A DNA stretch of 62,914 bases, counting the filler, from Reticulomyxa filosa (Eukaryota; Protista; Foraminifera), in NCBI GenBank assembly GCA_000512085.1. It is 26 parts of 26 records of this genome, joined end to end, with 100 filler letters (N's around TTAATTAATTAA, not from the genome) between each part and the next. Parts side by side here need not be neighbours in the genome. Positions count along the whole stretch, not along the records: positions 49,415 to 57,979 come from ASPP01037371.1; positions 58,080 to 60,661 come from ASPP01004535.1; positions 60,762 to 61,761 come from ASPP01040634.1; positions 61,862 to 62,914 come from ASPP01049467.1; 22 more parts are not named here. One strand, given 5' to 3'. Numbering within the stretch: position 1 is the stretch's first letter; the number at the start of each line of letters is the position of its first letter. Under the pieces are notes generated by a model. It was given only the letters and a program-made list of their open reading frames with translations, was not told the DNA's origin and ran no database searches. This document shows positions 51,354-62,914 of the stretch, piece by piece. The translations under genes were made by a program, and so were the position numbers.

Positions 51354-51582
51354 GTACCTTCTCGACCTTTTGACTAAGATTAAGTGTAATATCAGTTCTT
51401 TTCGGCCTGATCTCTGAGTCTAGGAACAATTATATTTCTAAACAGTCGATTAGGATGACTTCTTGAATCAAACTTCACTGTGATCTACAAATACAAAAGG
51501 GCTTGCTCTTTTGTAGATCCACAACCCAAATGGATTTCAATTTGTTGCTCCTAGTATCGTAGTATCTCTGAGATCGCTAGTG
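51354..51582 (+). ncRNA. U2: Full-length divergent U2 snRNA (variant or pseudogene)
   Basis: 5' GTACCTTCTCGACCTTTTGACTAAGATTAAGTGTAATATC; stem IIa TTCGG/CTGAG with loop CCTGATCT; IIb TAGGAA/TTTCTA; IIc partner GATTAGG; degenerate Sm site ACTTCTTG; stem III TACAAAAGGG-CTTG-CTCTTTTGTA; stem IV loop TATCGTAGTATCT. Confidence 0.85.
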
Positions 51583-52088
51583 ATTTATAATTTACCATAC
51601 AATTATTTTATCCCAATTATCAAATAATATTTTAAGCATTTTACTTTTTTTACATCGTTTTTGATATCAAAATCAAAAAATCAAAGTTTAGTAAATGTAT
51701 CATCATTATTTTGTTCGCTTTGACTCAAAAAATTTAGGTATATCTGCAAGATAAATAACAAATTCTTATAAATTCATGAAAAAATATCAAAAAATGAATT
51801 CTGAGCAAAGCCTGATTGCTTAGATTATAAAAATAACAGTTGAATTTAACATATTAATCTGTCACAAACTCAAAACAAAAATAAAAAATTAAAAACTTTA
51901 AATCTAACAATTTAAGTTTTGTTTTTTTTATCAATAACAACAAATAATTGATTCGTGTTTAGGATATTCGGCATCTTCAAAATTTATTTCAAACAAAATG
52001 TTAATCGATAGAATAGAAATGCTCTTTTCCAAAAAGTCAGATTGATTGCTTCTTTCAATGAATCAAGCAGAAAGAAATTCTGATGATA

Positions 52089-53449
52089 TTATCCCCAAAC
52101 ACAAATATCACCTCCGTTTGTACCATAATATAGGTTAATATCCTCATTGTTTTTTCTTTTTTTTTCTTTCTTTTTTAATTGTTGGAATTTAAGACATATT
52201 ATTCCACTATCTTTTTCATATCCATTGATCACATACAATTCTTTCTTATTTGATCGAATATCCCAAAATCGAATTGTATTATCCAATGATCCAGAACATA
52301 TTACATTTGAATTGCAATTGAATTCATTATTATTTACTATAAATGGTGAATATTCAACTGCCATAATCCAATCTGTATGTCCATTGAATACTTGAATTTG
52401 TTTACCAGATTGAATATCCCACAAACGAATACTTTTATCAAATGATGCAGATAATATTGCATTTGAACCACCACTAATTCCTAATTCATTTGGTATATAT
52501 TTTACACTTTTTACTTCAAATTTATGTCCTTTGAATACATTTAATAGTTTGGCTGTTTCAATATCCCACACACAAATGGTACTATCACATGATCCAGAAC
52601 AAATGGTATATCCATTGCCACCAATTGCACCAATAAGATTGCTTTTATTGTTGCTGTTGCTTTGCAATGGTGAAATATCAACACACCAAACATCACGTAC
52701 ATGTCCATGGAAGACATACAGCGATTTGGATTTTTCAATATCCCATAAACGAATAGTATTGTCACCAGATCCAGAACAAAAATATCGATTACCATTAAAT
52801 GGTGAGAACTTAATATCGAAAACAATATCTGTGTGTCCATTGAATACTTGCGATTGTTGGCTATCTTTAATATCCCAAAAATCAATAGTATTGTCATTCG
52901 AAAAACAAATAACATTACTATGGTAATTATAACTATGATAAGATGAAAATTTCACACAATAAACACTACTTACATTTTCATTGGACAATTGAATTTGTTT
53001 GTTGTCTTCTATATTCCATACACGAATTGTATTATTATATGATCCAGAACAAAGAAATTGGCCATCATCGAATGTTGAATAGTCAATACTGTACACACGA
53101 TCCGTATGGCCTTTAAAAGATTTAATTAATTTAGCTGATGAAGAAAATGCATCAAAAATGAAGAAGATAGTTGTCTGTGTTAAATACGATAACAAACAAA
53201 CGATATTTGTCATTGAATGGAAGCAAAAATATAAAACATAACATAATCTATGACAAGTTTGTTAAAATCATTCGTCCATCCTAATTTAATGTTTAAGATT
53301 CGGATCCAATGTTGAATAATTGTTTTGATCTCTTCTTCTAACTTGTTCAATCACAACAAATACAAAACTAAAAGACAACCAGTTTTTGAGATCAAAATGA
53401 AACTTACAAATGCTTGCTGTGTTGGAGTTTGCTTTTCATAAGTCGTCAT
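52089..53449 (-). CDS. WD40-repeat protein; exons 53449-53408, 53341-53243, 53174-52089
   Basis: GH...WD repeats (CSGS.DNTIR.WD); two phase-0 GT-AG introns give a complete ORF MTTYEKQ..LEEEIKTIIQHWIRIL.. Confidence 0.9.
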
Positions 53450-54062
53450 TCTTTCAACTCCTTTGGTATTTCTTTTTGATGATGGAACTTTTTTCTCTCA
53501 AGTGCAGTGAAAGTGTTAAAAAAAAAGAAAAAACTGAGCAAAATTTTAGACAAAAGTTTAAAAAATATGAATTGTCGTATATGATTTAATGTTCAATTTA
53601 GTTATGATCAAATACAGTTTCAATATTATAAGTGAATGCATTCGCACATTGCTGTTTCTATTTTACACAATTAAAAAGACGTCATAAAGAACCAGTGTTG
53701 ATTTATGCTTCATTCGGTTATAAAGCATACTTCTGCTAAGCTTAATACTCTTTTCTTAACTATTTGATTTATTTACTCCACACGAAGGAGAATCGGGATT
53801 GAGAATGTGTGTAAATGTCTCCCAAAAAAGGATTGTGCGATTATACGCATATTCTTTCACTTCAGGAAAAATTAATTTTAAAGAAAAAAATCAATTTGCG
53901 AATGCTAGTGTAGATAGTTCGGTACAACAAATTGGAAGTAACGTTAATATGTCATTTTTCAAATGCACGTGCTCCAATTTTAGATTTATTGGAAAATATT
54001 TGTCTGATGCTAAATCAAGGAAAAAGAAATCTGCATTTTTTAAAGAAATCTTATGGACCTTC

Positions 54063-54222
54063 AATTATATTTGTTTAATTTGCGAATAAGTTGCAAACAA
54101 TCCTGTTGAAATCAACTTTCGTCAAGAAGATATAAATAAAGCATTGAGTGAAAAGAATTGTTTAAAGCAATTCCTCAACAACAATGACAATATATGTCCT
54201 GTTCAACCTTATGATAGTTACC
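54063..54222 (+). pseudogene. Relic of the RING-like domain family seen at 13394-13858
   Basis: NYICLICE*VANNPVEIN....KNCLKQFLNNNDNICPVQP vs DFICLICKQVANNPMEID....ESCLHQFLSQNPNSCPIEP; TAA replaces Gln. Confidence 0.75.
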
Positions 54223-54426
54223 GTGTTTTTAGTCAAAATAGATCAGTATTTTAAAGAGAAAATATATAATATGATGGTTAGTTGAATGCTTCATATGTTT
54301 TGAAGTCATCCAATAGTTGGTTCAGACAATTTGCTTAAAATATAATTCTGATTGATTCGTTTATGAAGAAAAAAATTGCTTCGTTTAATTCATTCAAAAA
54401 AAAATCAAATGACTTAAAAAAAACTT

Positions 54427-55815
54427 TTATCCCCAAACATCAATAGAACCATTGGATGAACCATAATACAGATTAATGCCACAATCACGATTCTCACTTT
54501 TGTAATTGTTCTTGTTTAATTGTAAAAATTTAAAACACATTATTCCACTCTCTCCGTTGAGTGCATACAATTCATTCTTATTAAATCGAATATCCCAAAA
54601 ACGAATTGTTTGATCCCATGATCCAGAACATACTACGTTTGAATTACCACCAACTTCAATATTATCTGTAACAAATGGTGAATATTCAACAGCACTGATT
54701 GAACGTATATGTCCATTAAATATTTGAACTTGTTGACCGGATCGAATATCCCACAAACGAACACTTGTATCAAATGATCCAGATAATATTATATTTACTA
54801 ATTCATCTGATCCATATTTCACACTCTTCACATGGCTGTTATGTCCCTTGAATACGTTCAATTGTTTGGCTGTTTCAATATCCCATATTCGAATGGTTTT
54901 GTCATATGATCCAGAACAAATTGTATATCCATTACCACCAATCACACCAATACTATTACTTTTATCATTATTGTTGTTATTGCTTTGCAATGGTGAAATA
55001 TCAACACACCAAACACCATCTTCATGTCCATTGAAAACATGTAATGATTTTGATGTTTCAACATCCCATAAACAAATAGTTTTGTCATCAGATCCAGAAC
55101 ATAAATATTTACCACCATTGAACGGTGAAAATATAATTTCATGGATAGAGTTAGTGTGTCCGTTAAATGATTGTAATTTTGTGTTATCTTTAATATCCCA
55201 AAAATAAATGTCTTTAGCATCTGATGAAAAGCAAACGACATTACTACGATAATTGTAGTAATGATAAGGTGAAAATTTTGCATAGTAGACTGTATTTGAA
55301 TGACCATTTATTAATTGAATTTGTTCATTAGTCTCTATTTCCCACACACGAACTGTATTATCATCTGATCCAGAGCAAATGAATTGGCTACCATCAAATG
55401 TGAAGGAGTCAATACTATACACACAATTAGTATGTCCAGTCAACGTATTGAGTACATTGCACGACGAACAAAACGTGTCAATCATGAAGACAGTAGTTGT
55501 CTGTGTCAAACAGTGGCAATAAATAATAGTATTAAATAAATATTCAAGCATTTGCCTGTGATTGAATGAAAACAAACACAAAAAGAAACATAACATAATT
55601 GACAATAAGTTTGTCAAAATCATGGACCCATCCTAATTTAATATTTAATATTCGAGTCCAATATTGGATAATTGTTTGTATCTTTTTTTCTTCGGGCTCA
55701 TTCAACCACAATCATACAAAAAATCTAAAGGCAGACGTACTTTCTGAAAAATTGAACTGGAGCTTACCAATGAGAGTTGTGTTGAAGCTTTTTTTTCATC
55801 AGTAAAAGCGATCAT
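54427..55815 (-). CDS. WD40-repeat protein, tandem paralog; exons 55815-55768, 55696-55595, 55500-54427
   Basis: Same exon structure and motifs as the 52089-53449 gene (IIQYWTRILNIKLGW.HDF.KL; IGGNGYTICSGS). Confidence 0.9.
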
Positions 55816-56180
55816 CTTTCAATTTTTTTTTGTTTTCTATATTGAGATTGTTTCTGATTAGATAAAAAATGTAAGACCAATGAAAGGGTTGCCGAAAACA
55901 CTTAAAAGAGAAAAGCGATGAATAAAGATCATAATGACGTAGTAAATTTTAATGCTGAGAATGTATTATATCAAAGCAAAGTTTTTTAATTTAATTTTTT
56001 ATGTTTTTTCGGTATTATACACATTTAATTGCTTAATTTGTAATTTTGATATTACGTTAAAAAAAAAATCAAACCTAGTTAAATAATCAAGATAAACAAC
56101 TCACTGACAAGAAACAATAAAACAAAAAAGTGAAAGAAGAAAGACAGTGAATGTTGTTGAGGAAAAAAGGGTTCCCTCGT

Positions 56181-56519
56181 TCATATGAAGCTTCTACTGT
56201 AATTAGTAGGGTATTGCACTACAAGTGGGACATTATTTCTCTTTAAACTCTTTGAATCATTTAGATAAAAAAAAATTGAAAACTTTGCTCTTTTTTTAGA
56301 AAATGTTTGCTATCGTCTTTTTAACCTTCCAAATAAAGAAAGGATAATTTGGCTGTCGTGGTAATATGGCCACGAATACATATCCTTTCGGGTAGTTTGA
56401 AAACATTGGACAAAGCTGTATGTAAACTTACAAGCATATTATGCAGAAATAAATATAATAACCTGAATCTCGTATATAACCACAGCATCCTTTTCAATTG
56501 TTAATTTAACAGTAGCCAT
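56181..56519 (-). CDS. Putative 71-aa three-exon orphan gene; exons 56519-56463, 56415-56326, 56249-56181
   Basis: ATG start, two phase-0 introns (CAG|GTTATT..TACAG and AAG|GTTAAA..AAAG), exon lengths 57/90/69, TGA stop; no recognisable motif. Confidence 0.35.
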
Positions 56520-56982
56520 TGTTCTCACTTACGTCACTTCGGCAGATTCACAAGCAACTGTGAACCAGAAAAAAAGGTGTTTGTTCGAAGTTAGAAATGC
56601 GCTTTGCTACTTCTTCCTACTTTTCTTCTTATCTCCCTTCTCTTTATACATCCACTCAACAATTCCGGTCCTCTGTCTTTTTTATTTCCAATGTCACTTT
56701 TTCCGTTCTTAAAGTTTCGTCAAGTAATACAAGGCAGACAGGGCAACACGTTACTTGTTGTGTCTAAGTCAAAAACTTGCTGCAGAGTTGCAAACAGAGA
56801 ATATCTGCTTTTCTTCAAGTAAAAATTTTTTGCAAAAAAATAGACAACTAGAAGGAAAAGGAAAAAAAAAAAAAAAGGGAAGCAAAGAAAGAAGATTGTG
56901 TAAATTCTTCAGAACGCCTCCTTGCTCCACAGGAAGAACAGATATAATAAATTATATATATATATATTTACGAATAGAAAAT

Positions 56983-57518
56983 ATGGGAGGTTTAATTGGA
57001 CAATGTAAAAATAGCTGTTCACCATCTCTGAAAGAATAACGTGAATGGTTACGAGACAGTGTTTGACAGTGAGTGGGCAAAGGCAGTACGAAATGGCGAG
57101 GTGCAAGGAGTGCAATACTTGCTATTGGAAGATAGTGAGCTGTTGGACGCGCCAGTGGATAGCTATGGACGTAAGGCATTGCATTTGAGTGTGAGTAAAG
57201 GTAACAATGCGATGGTGTACACGTTGTTGATCGAAGGGGCGAATGTGAACGAAAAAGCGGGGCGAGACGATGACACGGCATTGCATGAAGCATGCAAAAT
57301 AAGCAACGTGGAGTTGATTCACATGTTGTTGCGATTCGGAGCGGACGCAAAGCAGTTGAATCGACAGCGAAAGATGCCGCACGAGTTAGGTGACGAAAAG
57401 ACGAAAGCAGAGCTAAGTGAAGAGCGTATCGCATATGTGAAGTCGTTGGGAAGACCAAAGACAGCGTCGTATCAACGAGTGAGCGTTAGTCTTAGTGCCA
57501 CGGCTAATGTGAATATGA

Positions 57519-57549
<31 letters not shown>

Positions 57550-57868
57550 TAGCAATAGCAATAGCAATAGCAATTGTAATTCCAATGGAAAGCATCATAT
57601 GCATGAGATGTCGTGTTCGGATTGCTTCGTTGTCACCATTACTCCGCCGCCGAGAGACGATGATCTCCACTATCGTCATAATAGCAGCAGCAGTGGTGGC
57701 AGTGCCAACAACACAAGCACCAGCTTCGGAGATGACGACAGCGACTCGCTCAGTGATTCCAACAAAAGTAGCTTCAATGAAAGTTACAGCCTCAGCGAAT
57801 ATGACACCAACAAATTATACGTCCAAAGAAAAAGCGATCTCAATTTTATGACTACTTTCTCACAACAA
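56983..57868 (+). CDS. Ankyrin-repeat protein with a probable acylated N-terminus (MGGLIGQCKNSC); one frame jump near 57030; 3' truncated
   Basis: GRKALHLSV..G...V..LL..GANVN, DDTALHEAC...LL.FGAD; poly-Asn tract; GT donor ~57869. Confidence 0.75.
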
Positions 57869-57939
57869 GTTATTTTACATTTTATATGTATACATATACA
57901 TATACATGTATATATATGTATATGGCTGCCAAAGGGGGG

Positions 57940-57979
<40 letters not shown>

Positions 57980-58299
57980 NNNNNNNNNNNNNNNNNNNNN
58001 NNNNNNNNNNNNNNNNNNNNNNNTTAATTAATTAANNNNNNNNNNNNNNNNNNNNNNNNNNNNNNNNNNNNNNNNNNNNGGAAGCTGCTTGATTGGTGTG
58101 ACAATGTCCAATGATGATTAAAAATGATGATGACAACGAAACGCAGTCTGTATTCTATTCTACTCATTAGTCAATTGTTTCGATACATTGGACTTTGATT
58201 TGGGTGTGCGCGAAAGGGCTAATGCTGCTGTATCATTTGTAACGAAAAACAACAACATCGTGTCAGTCGATAATTGGATCAGCAGTTCAAAAGTGGCTC

Positions 58300-60560
58300 C
58301 ACCATTTGACAAAACAAAGCAATGAATTACTTCAATGTGTTGTCAGTGTCAGCGGTCGATTGTATTCTCTCTCAAAAACCTTGTCACTGTGGATATGCAC
58401 GAATTGTTCGATTACCAAAAAAACCGAATCTCTTGGATGCAAGAATTTTCAATGACGACAATCATCCAAGGTCAAAGTGTGTATATAATTATAAATGTGA
58501 CGATGGCGAATGAATTTGGTATTTCGAAAATATCCACTGTGCATGACCGCATTGGAACAATCAAAAAGTGATAGGAAAGTATGAAAAACGCTTGGCAACA
58601 AAGAGTTATTGCATAAAGATCAGATCGAGACCGATTCAAACAAGAGTTGCACCATTTGGAAACATCCCCTCCTCCAACTTTGCAAGACATTCGGCCAGCG
58701 AACGTAAGCAATGAAGAAATATTTTGTGAACGCAGAAGTGAATGACGATGATGACGAAGACGGAGACAAAGACAACAAAGTCGAACATGGATGCGCAAAA
58801 GTCATAGTGGGGCTGTCGGCGATCGAGTTCGAGTCTTAGGAAACAAAATAGGCGCTGTGCACTATTTTTGCGATGTGAAGCTTTCCAATGAAAAACTTAT
58901 TGAAATTAAGTTGGATAGTTGGAATTCTAACACAATCGACGGAACTGTGCGAGTAAAGAATTATTTCAAAGTTGTTGTGTATTTATTCTTGTTTTATTTT
59001 AATTTCATCTTATTGTATTCTAGTGCGCTCCTGATAGAACTTCATTGTGGAGAATCTAGGAACAGTTGTATGATTTATCTATTGTTTTAGAAAAAAATAA
59101 AAATAAGTATTTGATTAGTGTTGGATTTTATTTTGATGTAGGAAAGCAAACTGACAACAACAACGATAACGACCTCCGTAATCGGTCCGAAAGCCTTAAA
59201 TATGATCCTCCAATTGAAATTATTCAATCCCAACAATCACATAATCTTCGTCAATGGAGACAACAGGTGTTGTCAAATACATTGATTATCCTCCTTTTTC
59301 CGAGGGCGAAGTTATTGGCATTAAACCAGATTTGTCTTTTTTGAAGCAATTTTTTTTTATATGAATATGCTATTTTGTATTTTCTTTATAGACGTATGGA
59401 TTCCTGGTGCTCATGATTGCATGTACAACCAATGTTGTATTTCCAGGTGTTTTTTTTTGTCTTGTTTTTGTTGTGCAATATTTGTTTGAAGTTAAAGAAC
59501 ATGTATCAATTGAGAGTAATTTGATTTGAGTGTAAAGTGTAGTGTCTCAAAGGAAGAGGTATTTTCATCAAACGAAGTTCAATTGCCACCATTCAATCGA
59601 TTCCGGAAGTGGAAACCAGAGCAACGGGTCACAGCGACGACGAAAGGGAAGAAAGCGAACACAGCATTGGACAATGAGTGCAGATTGACACGAGAAAAAA
59701 AAAGAAGTTAATCTGACTATTTTTTTTTAAACGATATGCAATTATAAGCTTTGAAATTTGGAAAAATAGAAAATACGATAAATTGTAAAAGATACGAACG
59801 GAGAGAACGTAACAGCATTGAGCTAGATGAAAAATACATAAAAGTATCAATGAGCAGTACAATCAAATGAGATTCTTCACATGCAGGTTTGTTATTGTTT
59901 ATCAATTGCCATTGAGATAGAAGGGAGAGGAGGACAAATGAACAAAACACAAATTCAATATTTATTCTATCTTTTTTTTTTTTTTAAAAAAAAAAAGATC
60001 TGGATGGCAGTACATTTGCGCGAAAACATGTAATCAAAACGGTAATCGACGAAAACGACATTCCAAAATACAGCATCGAAATTGAACAGTGTGATGTCAT
60101 GGACACATAAAAAAACATTGAAGACACGGACGAAGGAGAAATATATATCATCGAAACCGACGCGTGGATTGGAGAATCAATAAACTCCGAGGTCGAATGA
60201 ACAAGGCACTTCAGTGTGAATCACTGACATATCATAACTCGCTCGTCCTTCAGCATTGAACGAATTCGAAGGAGTGGACAGAATCGGAAAAAAATCGACG
60301 ATAAGTCTCTTGATTGGGTGAGACTGCAATTTACCAATGGCATGGCGGCCACAATCCGCTTCATTGGTACCATGCACTTCGCAACAGACGAAGAAGATAA
60401 TTGTGAAGAATGGAACAAACATGGTGGCATGTACAAAGGAATACATTACTTTGCATGTCCACTAAAGCAAGGATTGTTTGTGAAAGAAGTAAAATGTCGC
60501 TGCAACGATGATCCGAGCTCCAAATATTTGAAACGACGATGTCCATAATATGAAGTTACG
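58300..60560 (+). pseudogene. Decayed multi-CAP-Gly-domain gene
   Basis: VGDRVRVLGNKIGAVHYF...IKLDSW....DGTV..KNYFK (58815-58970) and IRFIGTMHFA...GMYKGIHYFACPLKQGLFVK (~60355-60485); many stops. Confidence 0.65.
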
Positions 60561-60773
60561 AAGCCACTTACTAGGAGCTTACAAAAGCGTCGGTATGGTG
60601 GATGACCACTGCTATTGTCATGGGAGCAAATCCACCAAAGGAGATTGGCTTTTCCAATGCTNNNNNNNNNNNNNNNNNNNNNNNNNNNNNNNNNNNNNNN
60701 NNNNNTTAATTAATTAANNNNNNNNNNNNNNNNNNNNNNNNNNNNNNNNNNNNNNNNNNNNTTTTTTTTTTTT

Positions 60774-61212
60774 TCAAGCCATCACAGTTCTTTCTCGAAG
60801 TTTTTTCCATCTTTCGGCCCTGCGCTGTTCCTGATTGGAGCGATTACCACTTTGAGTTTTGAATTCCTTGGAGACCCCCTCGTATAGCTCTTTGTCCATT
60901 TCTTTGAAAATGCGAATAATGTTGAGTGTCAAGCTGCTGACAGTGGAATTCCAGTGTGTGGAGTAGTTTTGTTGCAAAGCGGGGAAGATAATGGGTAAGA
61001 TGCGATCTTTGTGATTGGAGGTGAAAGAAGCAATGGTATCATTGTTCCATAAGAATAGGGCTTTTTCTGCGACCTGAAAGTGATGACTGCTAATGGCATT
61101 ACTGACGCGTTTGAACAATGGTTCCTGTTTCAATGTGTTGATTGTGTTGAGTAAAAATATAGATTAGCAAAAATAAAAGCATGTATATATATACATATAT
61201 ATATATATGTAG

Positions 61213-61243
<31 letters not shown>

Positions 61244-61761
61244 TGTGTGTGTAAGACATACCACGACTTTTTCAATGAGAGTGGGATCGGCGAGAGCCAG
61301 AACGCCCTCCAGTTCCTCCAAAAATAAGAGTTCTTTTTGACAAGAAGTGACAGGCCAATATTTCAGAATGCCAGACAACACGCAGCCGGCGAGGGTGGGA
61401 TCTTTCAAAATGAATTGGGTGACGCAATAATTGAGCTGGAGATGAAACTGTGACAAAGTCGGTGTTTTGTGCAATGGGACTAATACTTGTTGTAAAAAGC
61501 AGACATGCTCCGACTTCAATGGCAACGCAAACCCGTTGATAATACTTCCCAAAATGTCCAGTAATTCGGCGATGCCGTTATGTCTTCGATTTTCGTGAAT
61601 GACAAGAAAGAGGACGTTGTTGATCGCATTGCGCACAAAAAAGCGAACAGGCATGCAACGGCCATAAATGCGGTGCAAAATCATCTTCAAACATTCCCTC
61701 TCGCGTGGATCTTCCGAATTGAACAAGTTGATCAAGCGCAGCAAAAACTTCTTGTTTATAC
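60774..61761 (-). CDS. PPP2R5: PP2A regulatory subunit B' (B56), 3' part; intron 61261-61125
   Basis: LFNSEDPRERE.LK.ILHRIYG, HNGIAELLDILGSIINGFALPLK, LKYWP, SSHHFQVAEKALFLWNN, HWN. Confidence 0.95.
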
Positions 61762-61861
61762 NNNNNNNNNNNNNNNNNNNNNNNNNNNNNNNNNNNNNNN
61801 NNNNNTTAATTAATTAANNNNNNNNNNNNNNNNNNNNNNNNNNNNNNNNNNNNNNNNNNNN

Positions 61862-62516
61862 TTATCTTTGGTATCCTTTTGGACTGGCAAGAAATAAAAG
61901 AATCGATACAATGCAATGATCAATTCCTCTTTGATATCACCGAATAAATGGAGATATTGTCAGTAATGATATATTTGAAAATTTTGTTTTTGAATAAGCA
62001 ATGGGATTTCCAAATCGGCCAAACAACTCCATGTGTCTTTATGAAACAAATTGAATGATATCTTTATCACTTGCATACCATTTATGCAATAATGCGTTTA
62101 TTTGCTATTCATTTTTGTTTTTTTGTCGATTTGTGTCTGCATTTGATAATGTAGTCTAGTCTGAGGACAATGACGGGTATATGAATTCTTGAATATCTTT
62201 TCGTAGCATCGAATAATTGCTTTGGAAACTCCAATTTTGGCGTTTCCGCGAAATAGAATTTTTTTTTCAGCCAACTTTCTTGTTTGAGCATTGCACTTTC
62301 TCCTTCATCTTGTTTCCAATTTTGATATTCCAACTTCTTGATGTTATTAAGGATCCACTCGATTGCAAGCAATACATTGTCTGCAATTTGATTCAGTGCA
62401 TGTTCGACCAAAGAAAGTTCATAACCCAATCCCATTAATTGGAAGAATACTTCTTGTCTATCTATTGATGTATCTTTCACTGATTCGACTTGTGCTGTTG
62501 AGCCTTTTGATTGCAC
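61862..62516 (-). pseudogene. UBA-domain-containing gene, degenerate
   Basis: FFQLMGLGYELSLVEHAL......LAIEWIL is UBA-like; downstream frames are broken by stops. Confidence 0.45.
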
Positions 62517-62914
62517 TTATTTCGTTTTCTTGTTCGATTTCAAAGTCGTCCTTCCATTCGATTTTGTCTACTTGATGATGGAATTCAATCGTTGACTCAC
62601 TACATAATTTTATATAATGATTTGTGGATTCCATTACTGAGTAGTTTACCCACCTACCCTGTCATCCATTTTTTTTTTGTTTTTTTTTTGATATGTTGCC
62701 AAGTACAAATAAAATACGTATTAAAAAAAAATAAATTATATACATACGTACGTATAAAAGTACACACCTTTGTGAATCAAAGCAAAGTCGTCAAAAATAT
62801 ATTGATTTCTTCGTCGGCAAAACCAGTGAGATTTCCACAACGAAGTCAGTTCAACACATATATAATATCACAAATATTTATCAATTTCAACAACATTTTG
62901 TGCTTTCATCATCA

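Noticed and set aside
54087-54089. TAA at a Gln position suggesting a ciliate-type genetic code
   Set aside because: TAA terminates several intact genes here (RPLP0, WD40s, SelM, COG2403); the region is otherwise decayed
56213-56219. ATTGCAC, the U1A-binding loop sequence
   Set aside because: No ATACTTACCTG 5' end or Sm site nearby; chance match
3721-61861. Regularly recurring TTAATTAATTAA within N blocks, superficially like a repeat array or CRISPR
   Set aside because: Synthetic six-frame stop linker between contigs; no biological meaning

Overview
This window is not one locus. It is 26 short, unordered contigs joined by 25 artificial 100-nt linkers (N44-TTAATTAATTAA-N44), so adjacency across linkers means nothing. 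All but one contig is AT-rich eukaryotic DNA with short GT-AG introns full of (TA)n and poly-A/T. The gene families (RING/TRAF-WD40, TPR, SecA-like NTPase, caspase-like, CAP-Gly, RNF213-like, many decayed copies) resemble the foraminiferan Reticulomyxa filosa (Rhizaria); this is inferred from memory of those families, not from a search. One contig (33127-34256) is GC-rich bacterial DNA encoding an indolepyruvate:ferredoxin oxidoreductase. Recognisable housekeeping fragments: RPLP0, a formin, CPSF100, VPS41 and PP2A B56. Best items missed by the ORF track: (1) a spliced selenoprotein-M-like gene (CSGU, in-frame UGA, KQDL tail) with a SECIS-like hairpin; (2) two U2 snRNA loci, one a full-length variant with altered branch-point and helix Ib residues, sharing an 18-bp upstream motif (candidate snRNA promoter); (3) a prokaryote-type COG2403 P-loop gene with spliceosomal introns (HGT candidate); (4) a ~460-bp palindrome with an ACTAGT/A-tract core; (5) a formin whose FH1 is built from hexapeptide repeats instead of polyproline; (6) decayed Ty3/gypsy pol and several domain pseudogenes.
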